Positions 12,141 through 24,465 of a stretch of DNA of 64,000 nt are shown here, in pieces; the stretch's first letter is position 1; each line of letters starts with the position of its first letter. Under the pieces are notes generated by a model. That model was not told the DNA's origin and did no database searches. It saw only the letters and a program-made list of their open reading frames with translations. The stretch spans positions 169,198,001 to 169,262,000 of the forward strand of contig OX597815.1 of the NCBI GenBank assembly GCA_951406725.2, written 5' to 3'. The stretch comes from Octopus vulgaris (Eukaryota). The position numbers and the translations under genes are program-made.

Positions 12141-13679
12141 CATATTTCTTGCTTTTACACACACACACGTGTGTATATGTGTACGTACTATATAATGAAA
12201 AGAGTATTCAACAGAATTCAACTGAAAATTCTTCTCTAGGTACCACGGGCATCACTTAATATGCACATTGACTAGAACATCTAAACAGAAGACAATGAAG
12301 GGGAAAATAAACTTGTGATAATAATAATAATACAACATTGTAATCTCATCCTGGCCATTTACCAGAGTTCAACAAGATTGTTTAATCAGAAATCTGTGTG
12401 TGGTTTCTTTTGACTTAGAAGACGACTTTAATCTAGACAAAGATACAGTAGCCATCCTGACAATGACAGAATGTAAACATTTCAATGTAAGTAGATAAAT
12501 AGCAGCAAACTCCTCACGCAAGTCAGCAGTAACCATTTCAATAGAGGGAATAACCATCATTGCATAACAGATAAGTAGCTAACTTGATAAAGAAATTTGG
12601 GAAGCATTTTGACATTAGGAGAATTATTGATTTTCCATTCAGTCATTTTCAATCTACTGTGAGACAAAACCTCAATAAGCTATTGCTAGATTATCTGTGC
12701 TGGTTGTAAGCCTAGATATCCTTGATGGCCAACAGCACATTGAATGAAATGTTCTCATGGTCAGGTGATTAGCTCTGGTCTAAACAATAGCAAATAGCTG
12801 AAAGAGTTGCAGTAAAATTAATTAGAGGTAAAGTTAGCTTGGATACCATGCGGCTTAGATGTTGAATGCATCACATTTCTTGTGTGACTTTTGTAAGGGA
12901 TATTTCTTTAAGCTAAATCACATTTGGGATGCTACGGCAGGTGCAGCAAGACATACAGACACATTCCTGGTTCTGACCCATAAACATATTATCCCCTCTC
13001 ACTACCTTTTCTACAGTTTCTACAATGGCCTTTGTTCATTGGAGTTAGATGGTCTTGTGCAACAGGTACTCATGCACAAGGTCAGCCAGCACCAAGGAGC
13101 AAAACCTGTTGGAATGGCTGTAGCAAAGAATTTTTTTTTAAATATAAAAAAATTTCTTTTTAAATGCATGTGCATGCACATATGTGAGTATAATACATAC
13201 ACACACACATATATATATACGCACACACATTGTATGTATGTGTGTATGTATATATTGCTTATGTAAAATTGTATCTCTATGATTCGCTCTGTAGCATCCA
13301 AACCCTCTTTCCTGTCCTACCTTACTTTATCAGGAAGTGAATCCTTTCATTATTCTCAATTCCTATCTGCTTAAATTCCTGTTATTACAACCAGCCATTC
13401 ATATTGAAATAGTTGTCCAACCAGTTATTATGATTTACCATAACTGAGCTTCAGACCATTCTTGAATATTTAATGAATCACTGTTCACTTTTTTCCCCCC
13501 TTTTTCATACAGTACAGGTCTACTATTGTTATATTGAAGCTTTTATTTTTTTACACGTGTATCAGGCCTTATAAGCCAAAATGCAATATACCGTTGTCAG
13601 TTGGAGAATTTTAGGACATTGACATCCCTTTCATACAATAAATCTCCTCTACTTCCACCGCTATTGCCACCAGCAATGC

Positions 13680-13895
13680 TACTGTTATTACTATTACTAT
13701 AACCATTGCTAGAAACTACTACTACTATTACTACTACTACTACTACTACTACTATTACTACTACTACTACCACCACGACTACTACCACCACGACTACTAC
13801 TACTACTACCACCACCACTACGACTACTACCACCACCACTACGACTACTACTACCACTACCACCACCACCACCACTGCTGCTGCTACTACTACTG
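13680..13895. repeat. Compound (CTA/CCA/CGA)n microsatellite
   Basis: Direct reading; it gives the poly-T and poly-V ORFs. Confidence 0.95.
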
Positions 13896-14065
13896 TATAA
13901 TAAATTATAGATTCAACAATCAGTGCCTTTGCACCACTTGTTGCCTGAATATGAGATTATTCAAATATAATCCATGTACTTAAGTTATATGACAATTATA
14001 GTCCCTCGTTCTTGATTTTATACCAGCTGACACGGAATGAATTTCTTGCACGGTAAATGTAACAT

Positions 14066-14270
14066 TAACCCTTTTGTGACCGTATTTTTCAATTGATTTC
14101 GAAAGTAATGAAGAATTTAATAAAACAACTGTCATTATTATGCTGGTATTTGAAACTTAAATTTAAAACAAAAAAACAATTAATAGATTTTAATTTAGAT
14201 CACTCTAAACAGGAAGGTTATGTCATAGAATCTGAGGTGGTTTCAGTGAGGTTGGTATGACAAGGATTAA
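14066..14270. mobile_element. piggyBac-like MITE
   Basis: ttaacccttttgtgaccgta ... ttggtatgacaaggattaa; same family as 39594-39814. Confidence 0.7.
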
Positions 14271-14606
14271 GCACTGAGTGAGTGTAATCTTGAAAGCTAG
14301 TTTTGACTTCCAGTTGACATTAGATAGATGTAACACTGTCAACAGAAAGAGATTAAAAATCTAATCACAGCACACAAGGGTGTGGTGTGGTATAGTAGGA
14401 AAGTGCTGTACCTGAGACAACAGGTTATTTCTTAACATAACACCTACTTCTAAGTCTTATTGAATGGAACTGTACTGGAGCTAAAAAAAAAAAGAGCATT
14501 TAGCTGCTAAAACAGATGGCCCAAACAAATATGAAGAATATTGAGCAGCTAAACAACAGCAGATGCATATTCAACATAATAAACTACACAGAAATATTGA
14601 AAAGTC

Positions 14607-15000
14607 GTGTGGCTGTGTGGTAAGTAGCTTGTTTACCAACCACATGGTTCCGGGTTCAGTCCCACTGCGTGGCACCTTGGGCAAGTGTCTTCTACTATAG
14701 CCTCGGGCCGACCAAAGCCTTGTGAGTGGATTTGGTAGACGGAAACTGAAAGAAGCCCGTCGAATATATGTATATATATATATGTGCGTGTGTGTGTTTG
14801 TGTGTCTGTGTTTATCCCCCTAGCATTGCTTGACAACCGATGCTGGTGTGTTTATGTCCCCGTTACTTAGCGGTTCGGCAAAAGAGACCGATAGAATAAG
14901 TACTGGGCTTACAAAAGAATAAGCCCCGGGGTCGAGTTGCTCGATTAAAGGCGGTGCTCCAGCATGGCCGCAGTCAAATGACTGAAACAAGTAAAAGAGT
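14607..15000 (+). mobile_element. SINE family A, young near-consensus copy
   Basis: CpG-rich and intact: gtggctgtgtggtaag...ccgggttcagtccc...gggcaagtgtctt...(TA/TG)n...aatgactgaaacaagtaaaagagt. Confidence 0.92.
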
Positions 15001-15592
15001 AACAGAAGAGCTGTATTGCATTGTGTAAATGGTGGCGGTAAGGGGGAACCAAATAACAACCTAATAACAGAATGCACAGGAATTCTTCTTTTGAACTTAA
15101 TGCATATGACTAACTTCATCTGTAAGGAACAAGAGAAAAGCATTTTCTTATTAAATATGGGTTTGTATTTGTATAGTTATTGCATCAACTTTCCTTTATA
15201 TGTTAAGCATCTGTCCTTAGATAGTACATATCTATAGTATGTTAAACAAATGAGGTACTGAGTTGTGGTTATAGATTTCAATAAACAATTTATTTTCAGC
15301 TTTAATTCATCAGAGACAACCAGTGTAATATTGAATATTTTATGGAAGTCAAGTGTAAAGCAAGCATTGACTGGATATTTATTAGTACAAGCTTAACTTA
15401 TATTATCTGTAGTTTACATCGTCTATATAGATTCGCTTTGATTTGACATTCGTTTTGTGTGGCTCTACCTAATAATAGATATTTCACTTTAGGAGTATTT
15501 ATGATTTATCACTTGCTTTTACTTATTGAACCACAGTAAAAGGATGTCAGCAGTTATTCCAGTAATGTTTGGAGAGAAGCCATACTGTAGAA

Positions 15593-15912
15593 CAGGCCTG
15601 CATCACTTGGAAAGTAACAAGGACCACATTATTTTAAAGAAAAAGCTACAGTAGATTTTTAAATAAATGAATATTTTCAATTTTAATAATACATCACAAG
15701 AAAAAAAAAAAAACAACCAAAAAAACCAAAATAGAAGAGAGACTTTTAATTTTTATTTTCAAAACTGTATGCATATAAGAATGTTGTCTCCTCTACACCA
15801 GCAATTTTAACTACTACTCCCTCCTCACCGCAAACAAAATGTATCTTTAGCTGTGACAGAAAACCTTAGCAAGTCATATATGTAGTAAGCAGCCATATGT
15901 TGTGCAGGCTTG
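15593..15912. mobile_element. Degenerate hAT-like MITE
   Basis: Ends caggcctgca.../...tgtgcaggcttg; the flanking 8-mers ctgtagaa and ctgcaaat match only partly. Confidence 0.45.
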
Positions 15913-16085
15913 CTGCAAATATAAACATAAATAATTGGAGAGAAAACAATGGCCTTTCAAAGCTAGTATAGATTAAATGTAACTGCTACTGAAATTAGAT
16001 GCTCATCCAAAACCACTGACCAATCTAAGACCATTAACATAATTTGAATTGTAACTACTCACAATCTGAAACACTGAATGATCTC

Positions 16086-16520
16086 AAATATGAAGAATAC
16101 TGAGAAGCTAAATGACAGTAGATGCATATTCAACATAATAAATTACACAGAAATATTGAAAAGTCAAGTAACAGAAGAGCTGTATTGCATTGTGCAAATG
16201 GTGGCGGTAAAGGGGAAGAAAATCACAGAGCCAAATAACAACCTAATAACAGAAATTCTTCTTCTGAACTTACTGCATATGACTAACTTCATCTGTAAGG
16301 AACAGATTAAAGTAAAAGAAAAAAGTATTTTCTTATTAAAATGGGTTTGTATAGTTATTGCATCAACTTTCCTTTATATGTTAAGTATTTGTCCTTAGAC
16401 AGTACATATCTATAGTTAAACAAATGAGGTACTGAGTTGTGGTTATAGATTTCAATAAACAGTTTATTTTCAGCTTTAATTCAACAGAGACAACTAGCGT
16501 AATATTGAATATATTTATAG
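16086..16520 (+). repeat. Local direct duplicate of 14527-15345 (without the SINE)
   Basis: Near-identical blocks such as gatgcatattcaacataata...gaaatattgaaaagtc and aacaaatgaggtactgagttgtggttatagatttcaataaaca. Confidence 0.92.
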
Positions 16521-17094
16521 AAATTAGATGATCAAATTTCCATCCAAATCTACTGACCAATCTAAGCTCATTAACTTATTTGAATTGTGACAACTCACAA
16601 TTTGAAACAACAATCTTTTGTATAAGGACTGGTATATAAGATACACTTAAAAAAAAAAAGTCTAAAAAAATAAATCACCCTGGAACCTCTATGCAAAGTT
16701 GGGTCTCCCATAAGCTTTAATGCACTAAAAAGCATTTTTCTTGAATATGCACTATGAGATTGGAGTGTGCCTAATATAATCTAAGTGTCTTTTATGCCAT
16801 CAAATACTGTTTCTAGGTTTTACGCAGTGGAGCAACCAGAGCTTCTGTTTTCCTTGGTTATTACAAGTAACTTAAACCAAAATGAGTAACCCATTTCTGT
16901 CAAAGAGGCACCAATAAAGAAACTTTTCCCTTTATGTGTTTAAGACAAATCAATTTGCTAGCATCCACTTCTTTGAACCTAAATCTCTTGAGGAGGATTT
17001 GGGTTCTGCAAATTAAGGTGGCAAAACACTTTCCTGTTACAAAGAACAAAAACCACTACTTATGTCCACAAGCTGTACTTAACTCATTAATCTA

Positions 17095-17312
17095 TGAAGA
17101 GGTGCTGACAAGTTCCTGGCTTTAAGGGTATCGTGAAAAGTCTAGTTGCAGGCCCAACCTTCCAAGTTCTTTTACAGGGTTTAGAAAAACTAAAGGACTG
17201 CTGCAATAAGTGTGGATCTGAGAGGGAAATATGTTGAATAAAATCATAATTAACTGATGCTCTTGTATTTTCTTTAACCCAAAACCAGGAACTTTTCAAG
17301 CACTCCCTTGTA
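17095..17312. mobile_element. Mariner-derived MITE copy
   Basis: gtgctgacaagttcctggc ... ccaggaacttttcaagcactcccttgta. Confidence 0.8.
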
Positions 17313-17919
17313 TTTACAACTAAGCAAACTAACCCGAGTAAGATGTGAACTTCAAAACATCAGGCGTTGGCATTGAATAATTACCAGTCATAGTGGTTTG
17401 TAATTCAGCATTCGTTTTTATTCCCACATTATATTCATCTACAACTAAAACCATCAAGTTTGCAGACAATATCATTGGCATATGTTCACGAAGTACAAGT
17501 AACTTCTTCAGATAACTTTTTACTAAACAACCATGACATACTGTTTTGATGTTTGCATAAATTAGATACTGATACCACTTTTGTGATATTTGCAAGATTT
17601 GCTGAAAAAGGTGTTGCACCTGAATGCTCTTTCTAATAGAAACCAAACAAATCAAAGCGAGAGTATGTAATAACATAAATGACATGCAAGCAAGCAAGCA
17701 AGTGTATGTTTTATATTAAAATTAGAACTGGCTTGAACTGAGGCTAGCTATGAAGATATCCTCAGGTGTGGTTTTGTGGTAAAAAGTTTGCTTCTCAATC
17801 ACATGGCTCCAGTTTCAGTCTCAATATGTGGCACCTTGAGCAAGTGTCTTCTACTATAGCCTTGGGCCGACCAAAGCCTTGTGAGAGGATTTGGTGGACA
17901 GAAACTGAAAGAAGCCCGT

Positions 17920-17974
<55 letters not shown>

Positions 17975-18227
17975 GAAAGAATTCGAAATTAGGAATATGC
18001 AGCCTTCGAAACATATGTCAAAAATAAAATAAAGGAATTTTGTTAATTCATCGTTCAACTCCATTCTTTCATTTATTTGTATTTAAAAAACTACACAAAT
18101 TTCCACACGATAGCACGTGATCTCTGCCCTAGGCATGTAGCTTCAACCGTGTTTTTCTGATGTGAATTTGCTACCCAGGTATCAGTTAACCGAATTATCC
18201 ATAATAAGATAATTCATTCAACTACTC

Positions 18228-18273
<46 letters not shown>

Positions 18274-19120
18274 CTGTGTATGTGTCTTTGCATCTGTGTT
18301 TGTCTCCAACCACTGCTTCACATCTAGTGTTGGTCTGTTTATGTTCCTGTAACTTACTGGTTTGGCAAAAAAGAGACCGATAGAATAAATAAATATATAT
18401 ACATACATACACACACACACAAGAATTTTTAGTGAAATGAATCAACCCTGGCACTGATCTTTTTATTAAGCTTGGCGCTTATTCTTATAGTAGGAGACAC
18501 TTGCCTGAGGTGCCACACAGTGGGATTGGACCTGGAATCCTGTGGTTGGGACACATTATTCCGCAATTCAAATTCTCTGTCAATGTTGTAAGTAAAAGAC
18601 CAATCCAACAAAATCTTTTGTTGTAGGTCTCCCCAAACCTTAATTGAATGCTGATAGACAATACTTGCTCAGCCACTTTGTTCCTCCATCGCTTTTTTCT
18701 TATCCCCTTATATCTCTTTTGCTTCTCAGCTCTTCTAGCTTTAGCTACACATAACCCCCCTGCCCCTTGTTCTCCTGCTTATCTCTTATCCCAACCACTC
18801 CTCCTCTAGTCAATTGTCTCTCTCTTGTTTTTCCTCTGTATTTTTCCACTATGTCAAGTAGGATGGTAGGGTGAAATTAAAAAGACTTTAATTTGGTTGG
18901 CTAAAGTAATGAATAAAGACTAATTTTAGTTCCATTCTTATAAATGAAAACCAGGTCAGTGAAGTTACATCCTCTATCTGGACATCAACCTCAATAGATG
19001 GCATCTACTCTTGTGGTTGATAATTACCAAATATACTGAAGTATTAGTGGAACAATATGCATATTTGTAAATATATATATATATATAATGTATATGTATA
19101 TTTTTTATAATGTATATATA

Positions 19121-19800
19121 ATCTTTTATTCTTTTATTTGTTTAAGGCATTTGACTGTGGCCATGCTGGAGCACTGCCTTTAGTTGAACAAATCGATCCC
19201 AGAACTTATTCTTTGTAAGCCTAGTACTCAGTCTATCGGTCTCTTTTGCTGAACTGCTAAGTTATGGGAATGTAAACACACCAACATTGGTTGTCAAGTG
19301 ATAGAGGGAGGACAAACACAGACACACAAACATATATATATATACATATATACAGTCCAAAATGAAGTCTTGAAGTTGATGCCCAAGCATCGCTGCAGCT
19401 AATGACTGAAACATGTAAAACATAAGGAGTGGCTGTGTGGTAAAAAGCTTGCTTCCCAACTACATGGTTCTAGGTTCAGTCCCACTGTGTGGCACCTTGG
19501 GCAAGCGTTTTCTACTATAGCCTCGGGCCAACCAAAGCTTTGTGAGTGGATTTGATAGATGGAAACTGAAAGAATCCTATCATATATATATATGTGTGTG
19601 TATGTGTTCCCCCACCATTGCTTGGAAACTGATGTTGGTGTGTTTATGTCCCCGTCACTTAGTAGTTCAGCAAAAGAGACTGATAGAATAAGTACTAGGC
19701 TTACAAGGAATAAGTCCTGGGGTCGATTCGTTCGACTAAAGGTGGTGCTCCACCATGGCCACAGTCAAATGACTGAAAGAAGTAAAAGAATGAAAGAATA
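19121..19800. mobile_element. Inverted pair of SINE family A sequences (minus 3' module 19121-19330; plus full copy 19425-19800)
   Basis: 19121-19320 is the reverse complement of about 19600-19800. Confidence 0.85.
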
Positions 19801-19829
19801 TATAAGTTTCGGCCAGCTAAAGAATAATA

Positions 19830-19866
<37 letters not shown>

Positions 19867-20129
19867 TTATACTGGATAAGACACCAGTTATCAATCTGAG
19901 TACCATACTGAAAGGAGATACATTACAGGAAGCTTAATTAACTACAGTTCTGGAGTAATATCGCTTATAAGACATACAGTATTAAAAAACACAAAAATAC
20001 ATCAACAGCAGACAAAAACCATTTAGTAGTAGTACTGGAGGATTTTTGTCTGCTACTGATATATCTCTGTGTTTTTTAACACTGTATGTCTACAAAGTGA
20101 TACGATCTCAAGATGACAATAAAAATAAA

Positions 20130-20378
20130 TGTGCCCTTTTAAAGCCTAGCCAGGCTCATGGGCCCGGTTTCCTGGTTTCAATGACGTATGTGTTCCCCAG
20201 CTGGACGGGACACCAATCCATCACAGCGTTACTTATTTTTGCCAGCTGAGTGAACTGGAGCAACGTGAAATGAAGTGTTTTGCTCAAGAACACAACGCGT
20301 CGCCCGGTCCAGGAATCGAAACCACAATCTTACGATCATGATGCTGACACCATAACCACTAAACCATGTGCCTCCACC
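20130..20378 (-). mobile_element. SINE family C, young copy
   Basis: Near-exact reverse complement of 36648-36895. Confidence 0.88.
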
Positions 20379-20919
20379 GCAAGATGAAAGCCACAGCTAA
20401 TTGGGCTTTCAATAATGTATCTGTTTTAAATATAATACACAGATTGTTATTTCAAACTAGTATTGCTTCTGTAATACATAACACAAACACATCATTGTCT
20501 TTATAATCACTTTTCTATGCTGGCATTCGTTAGACTGGTTGATGTGGTCTAAATCACTTCTTGTTCAGAGTTACAACCCTCTTACATAGGTCAGGGTCTA
20601 TTCCTAGCTCTTACATTCTATTTCCTGCACAGTTTCTATTGCCGGATGCTCTTCCTACTACCAAACACTTTACAAAGTGTACTCTGATCATGTTTATCAT
20701 AACACTAACACTCAAGAGCTTGTTTTGTCCTCAACCAGCCTGAAGAGTCCTCTCACCCTTACACTGTTGCCATTCACATGTTCCTTGCTTTCTACAGTAG
20801 CAGGTAGGAGGATGAGAGAGATATACAAGAGGGCGAGGGTGATGGGATTGAAGAGGTGCTGTATATAGAAGAGAGAAGGAGAAAGAGTTGGTTGTTGATG
20901 AGGGCATTGAATACAAACA

Positions 20920-21073
20920 TTAGATAGATAGAGAGAAAGAGAGACAGACAGAGAGATATAGGATAGATAGATAGATAGAGATAGATAGACAGACAGATAG
21001 AGAGAGATAGGTGTATATATATATATATATATATGTATAGATTGATACAGATAGATAGATAGAGAGAGAGAGA

Positions 21074-21120
<47 letters not shown>
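20920..21120. repeat. Compound GATA/GA/TA microsatellite
   Basis: Direct reading. Confidence 0.92.
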
Positions 21121-21121
<1 letters not shown>

Positions 21122-22378
21122 GATAATAGACTGAGGAATAGAAAAGAAAAAGGTATGCGAGAGGGAGGGGGATAGATAGAGGCAGAAAGAGAGAGTGATA
21201 AATAGCAATAGAAATGGACAACAGTTAAAGGGGGCAGATTGAATACAAAATAAATCTACAGTGTGGCCATCTGTTGGTGGGAGAAAGATGGAGTGCTCAA
21301 AGCAAAAGGGAGAGAACAATGTAATCAATAAACGTTGCAACAATTATTACACAAAGCGTGATTAATTACCTAATTTAAAAGATTTAATTCCTTTTGTGTT
21401 GCATAAAGGAACTAAAAGAAAAATTATATATGAAGTGTTTCTCATGAATTTTGTGAATCACTTTCAGGAATCACTTTCTGGAATAGATTGTGCATCATGG
21501 TATCATCATTATCATTTTAACATCCACTTTTCTATGCTTACATGATTAAGATGGAATTTGCTGCAGTAGATTTTCTACAGCCAGTTGCCCTTCCTATTTT
21601 CAACCCCCACCTGTTTCCAAGCATGGTAATATTTTCCAATGACGAGACATGATTTCCCAGAAGACTGGAAATGATGGACACTCCTTGTGAGTGGCACTCA
21701 CAATTATCATGCAATGTCAAGACAAGGAGACAACAACACACACACACACACAATAGGAGTCCTTCAGTTTATCAAATTAAATATCTATCAAATCCACTGA
21801 CAGGCATTGGTTAGCCTGGGGCTATAAAAGACACTTATGGTGCCACACAATGGGACTGAACCTGAAACCATGTAGTTGGGAAACAAACTTCTTACCACAG
21901 AGATGCACCAATATATATATATATTACATACATATAATAAATATTAATAATCTTTTGAATTGAATATATTTATATTCAATACATACTCATACACACAATA
22001 TTAAATATAATTATATAAATATATATATATTATATCAAATACAATTATATATTACATAATATTAAAGGCAATTGGATATGCATTATATAACATGGAAGAC
22101 AGTTATATAAGAGAATTACATAATATACCACATAGACAATTATATATTACATAACATCAAGCAAAGGCATGTGACCAAGTGGTGAGGGTGCTAGGCTCAC
22201 ATTCTTACAACTGTGAGTTTAATTCTTAGACCAGATGACACATCATGTCATTGAAGGGTTTCATTTCCCATTGCTTTCAGTGCACTCAGCTGAAAATTAG
22301 TACCAGTAATAGATGGGGTTAAACCTGCAACGGACTGGCCAAATGTGCCTGTAGACTCAAGACAAAATTTTAATATAT

Positions 22379-22417
<39 letters not shown>

Positions 22418-22419
<2 letters not shown>

Positions 22420-22742
22420 CACCTTTCGAGTGCTGGGCCTCATGGAGGTAATGACAAATGATTGAGACCTTTGGCAATATGCTGTGCTTGAGAAGAAGAC
22501 CCATCAAGCCAAGTGAAAGAATAGTTATGGAAGATACTGGTGTCATCCAACTGGCACCTGTACTGGTGGCATGTAAAAGCACCCATTACACACTCTCAGA
22601 GTGGTTGGCGTTAGGAAGAGCATCCAGCCATAGAAACCATGCCAAATCAGACTGGAGTCTGATGCAGCCCCTCAGATTACCAGCACTGGTCAAACCATCC
22701 AACCCATGGCAGCATGGACAATGGACACTAAATGATGATGAT
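22418..22742 (+). mobile_element. Retroposon family D (RTE-associated, GAT-tailed)
   Basis: gtggttggcgttaggaagagcatccagc...ccatccaacccatg..agcatgga...aaatgatgatg. Further copies lie at about 985-1190, 32100-32345, 32912-33215, 34855-35137, 37437-37575, 42240-42508 and 63205-63450. Confidence 0.75.
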
Positions 22743-23229
22743 ATATGTCTAAATTAAACAACTAGAAGTGCTGCCAAGCATCACCCTGGGGATATGTATA
22801 TATACACACACATAGTGGCTGTGTGGTTGAGAAGTTCACTTCCTAACCACATTGTTTTGGATTCAATCCCACTGCACTGCACCATGGTTGAGTGTCTCAG
22901 TCTTGGCATGGTTTTTGTGACTGGATGCTCTTCCTAACACCAACCACTTTCACGCAGGTTACAGGGTGCATTTTTTTCTTTTTGGTGGCACTAGTGAGGT
23001 TGTCTTGTAACTCACAAGGCTAAAGAGTCCCCAAGACGGAAGAAGAATACACGGAGCAATGTCTTTAGACAAGGAGTTGAGAAATTAGTGTGACAGGAGG
23101 AACAAATTTATTGTTGTGAGAGGGAATGTATGTGTGTGTGTGTGTGTGTGTATGTGTGTATAAATATATGTACATTACTAACTCCTTATCAGCTTGATTT
23201 GGATTTCTCATATAACTTCTTTTGCTGAG

Positions 23230-23890
23230 GGCCTTGCCCTGAATTTTAAGTTCAAATTTATTTGATCACTACTATGTGTTTCCTGAACTGAGGTTATCTA
23301 GCTCTCAGCTACAGACCATATACACTACATATATATAAAGACCATAATCTTTGTCTTTGAAGATGAAGATTATGGTCTACCAAGATGTTGTTATGTCTAC
23401 GCTCCTACAGAGTTGAGAAAGTTGGACTCTGCATTGTTACAACATCAAAAAACTCAAACACTTTCTTCAAGTGAAACTTTGCTTTCTCTTGAGCATTGAA
23501 TCCCTAATTGTCAAACATCATCTTCGACAGACTGGCCATGCTACCAGGATGAATGATAAATGACTTCCTTGTCAAATCCTCTTCAGCAAACTGGCAACTG
23601 GAGAAAAGACAAAGAGGAGCCGCTCTTTGATGATACAAAGATCATCTAAAGTTAACTCTGAAGCATACTGGCTCTGACTCCCTAACTTTTGAGATGATTG
23701 TACCCAACTGTCCCAACTACCAACAAAACCAACAATTATGTAATATTGTTCAAAAGAGAAAGAATATAAAAAGAGTAAGAGAGACAACAGCAAAAGAAAG
23801 CCAGACAGCAGTAACCACAACCGACTCCAACATTTACATGTGGCTAATGCATTCATGTATTCTGTTTGAGGACTGGTCTTTTTAGCCACA
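23230..23890 (+). mobile_element. RTE/BovB-like LINE 3' fragment (degenerate)
   Basis: Remnant SIESLIVKHHLRQTGHATRMND.LPCQILFSKLATG...YKDHLKLTLK matches the RTE C-terminal 'LRWxGHVxRMxDxRLPKQxLYxEL' pattern. Confidence 0.75.
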
Positions 23891-23940
23891 TTTGTCACCA
23901 GCATTAATGATCCAATTATATGCCCAGGAGGAGTAATCAA

Positions 23941-24290
23941 TAATTACCAACACAGGAACATGTATCATACATCAAAATAAAGCTGGTCCTCTTTCATGGG
24001 GCCAAAGAGATGATAGTCTGAAGGTGCTAAATTATTCCAGTGACGAGGAAGTGAAAACTGTAGTGAAGAAGTGGCTCAAAGAACAGTTAACAGAATTTTA
24101 CAGAGCAGGGATACATGATCTCAATTGAAGGTGGAATATTGCTACTGAGAGAAATGGCGACTATGTTGAGAAGTAGGGATATGATCCACAGAAGACCAGC
24201 TTCATTTTGATGTATGATACATGTTCCTGTATTGGTAATTATACCTGTCCTAAACAAAATGGCATTACTTTTTGACCCACCCTCATATAT
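23941..24290 (+). mobile_element. Rearranged mariner remnant (C-terminus plus right end)
   Basis: YSSDEEVKTVVKKWLKEQLTEFYRAGIHDL..RWNIATERNGDYVEK*. 23941-23992 is an inverted copy of 24190-24242. Confidence 0.8.
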
Positions 24291-24294
24291 GTAG

Positions 24295-24465
24295 GCAAAT
24301 TAAAAATAAAAATAGGGAAAATAACAAATGTCAAAAGGATGTAGACAGTGAATGTATTAAATTGATGCTCAGAGAAAGATTAATATGGAGAAAAGAGAGG
24401 GTGTGATGTTTCGAGCATGGCTCTTCATCAGAAAGAGGAAAGAATCCAGAGAGAAAGAAAAGCAC
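24295..24465 (-). mobile_element. Penelope-like short repeat with hammerhead-like core (copy 1 of 3)
   Basis: Minus strand reads ctttCTGATGAagagccatgctcGAAAcatc ... ctgagcatcaatttaatacat, homologous to 32440-32600 and 47360-47520. Confidence 0.55.

Noticed and set aside
13597-13900. Mucin-like poly-Thr and poly-Val ORFs
   Set aside because: CTA/CCA microsatellite.
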